Assembly (NCBI GenBank): GCA_002269645.1
Contig: NIVC01001372.1
Location: 124,001 to 188,000, forward strand
Direction of reading: 5' to 3'
DNA: 64,000 bases
From: Macrostomum lignano
Lineage: Eukaryota
Shown here: positions 63,933 through 64,000 of the stretch, one piece after another
Layout of the letters: every line of letters starts with the position of its first letter
Position numbering within the stretch: the stretch's first letter is position 1
Translations under genes and position numbers: made by a program
Notes under the pieces: model-generated
What the model was told of the DNA's origin: nothing
What the model saw: the letters and a program-made list of their open reading frames with translations, nothing else
Database searches by the model: none

Positions 63933-64000
63933 TGCTAGTGGATACACTAGTGGGACAGACATGGGTACAGGCCAAGGTACACCAATTTACTAACAAAAGT

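Noticed and set aside
62502-63996. Three long minus-strand ORFs (377-486 aa)
   Set aside because: Translations of the 16-bp satellite, open in all three frames.

Overview
Eukaryotic (metazoan) genomic DNA with GC-rich exons, AT-rich GT-AG introns and very many minisatellites. The overall style resembles the flatworm Macrostomum lignano (inference only). I assembled six spliced or single-exon genes by hand, checking splice phases. (1) An ATG4C/D-like autophagy protease (-). (2) A giant gene (+) with eight small N-terminal exons encoding coiled coils, then one ~25.2 kb exon of Ser/Asp/Glu-rich repetitive disordered sequence. It gives ~8,550 aa, or ~8,840 aa if a -1 frame switch near 36.1-36.3 kb is crossed. 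(3) A DAZAP2 homolog (+). (4) An orphan type I membrane protein (-). (5) An orphan secreted Cys-rich/mucin-like protein (+). (6) An orphan LAT/PAG-like type III transmembrane adaptor (-) whose first coding intron holds a 6.6 kb 40-bp satellite. Mobile DNA comprises a 5'-truncated RTE LINE, an hAT-type MITE with an 8-bp TSD, a Tc1 deletion derivative with TA TSD, a second Tc1 remnant, two other TIR elements and a tRNA-derived SINE-like head. The most notable signals are the giant exon, the frame switch with a correctly phased A_AAA_AAC heptamer plus hairpin, the tyrosine-motif adaptor, and sharply bounded CpG-depleted intronic domains. No CRISPR array, rRNA or intact tRNA was found.
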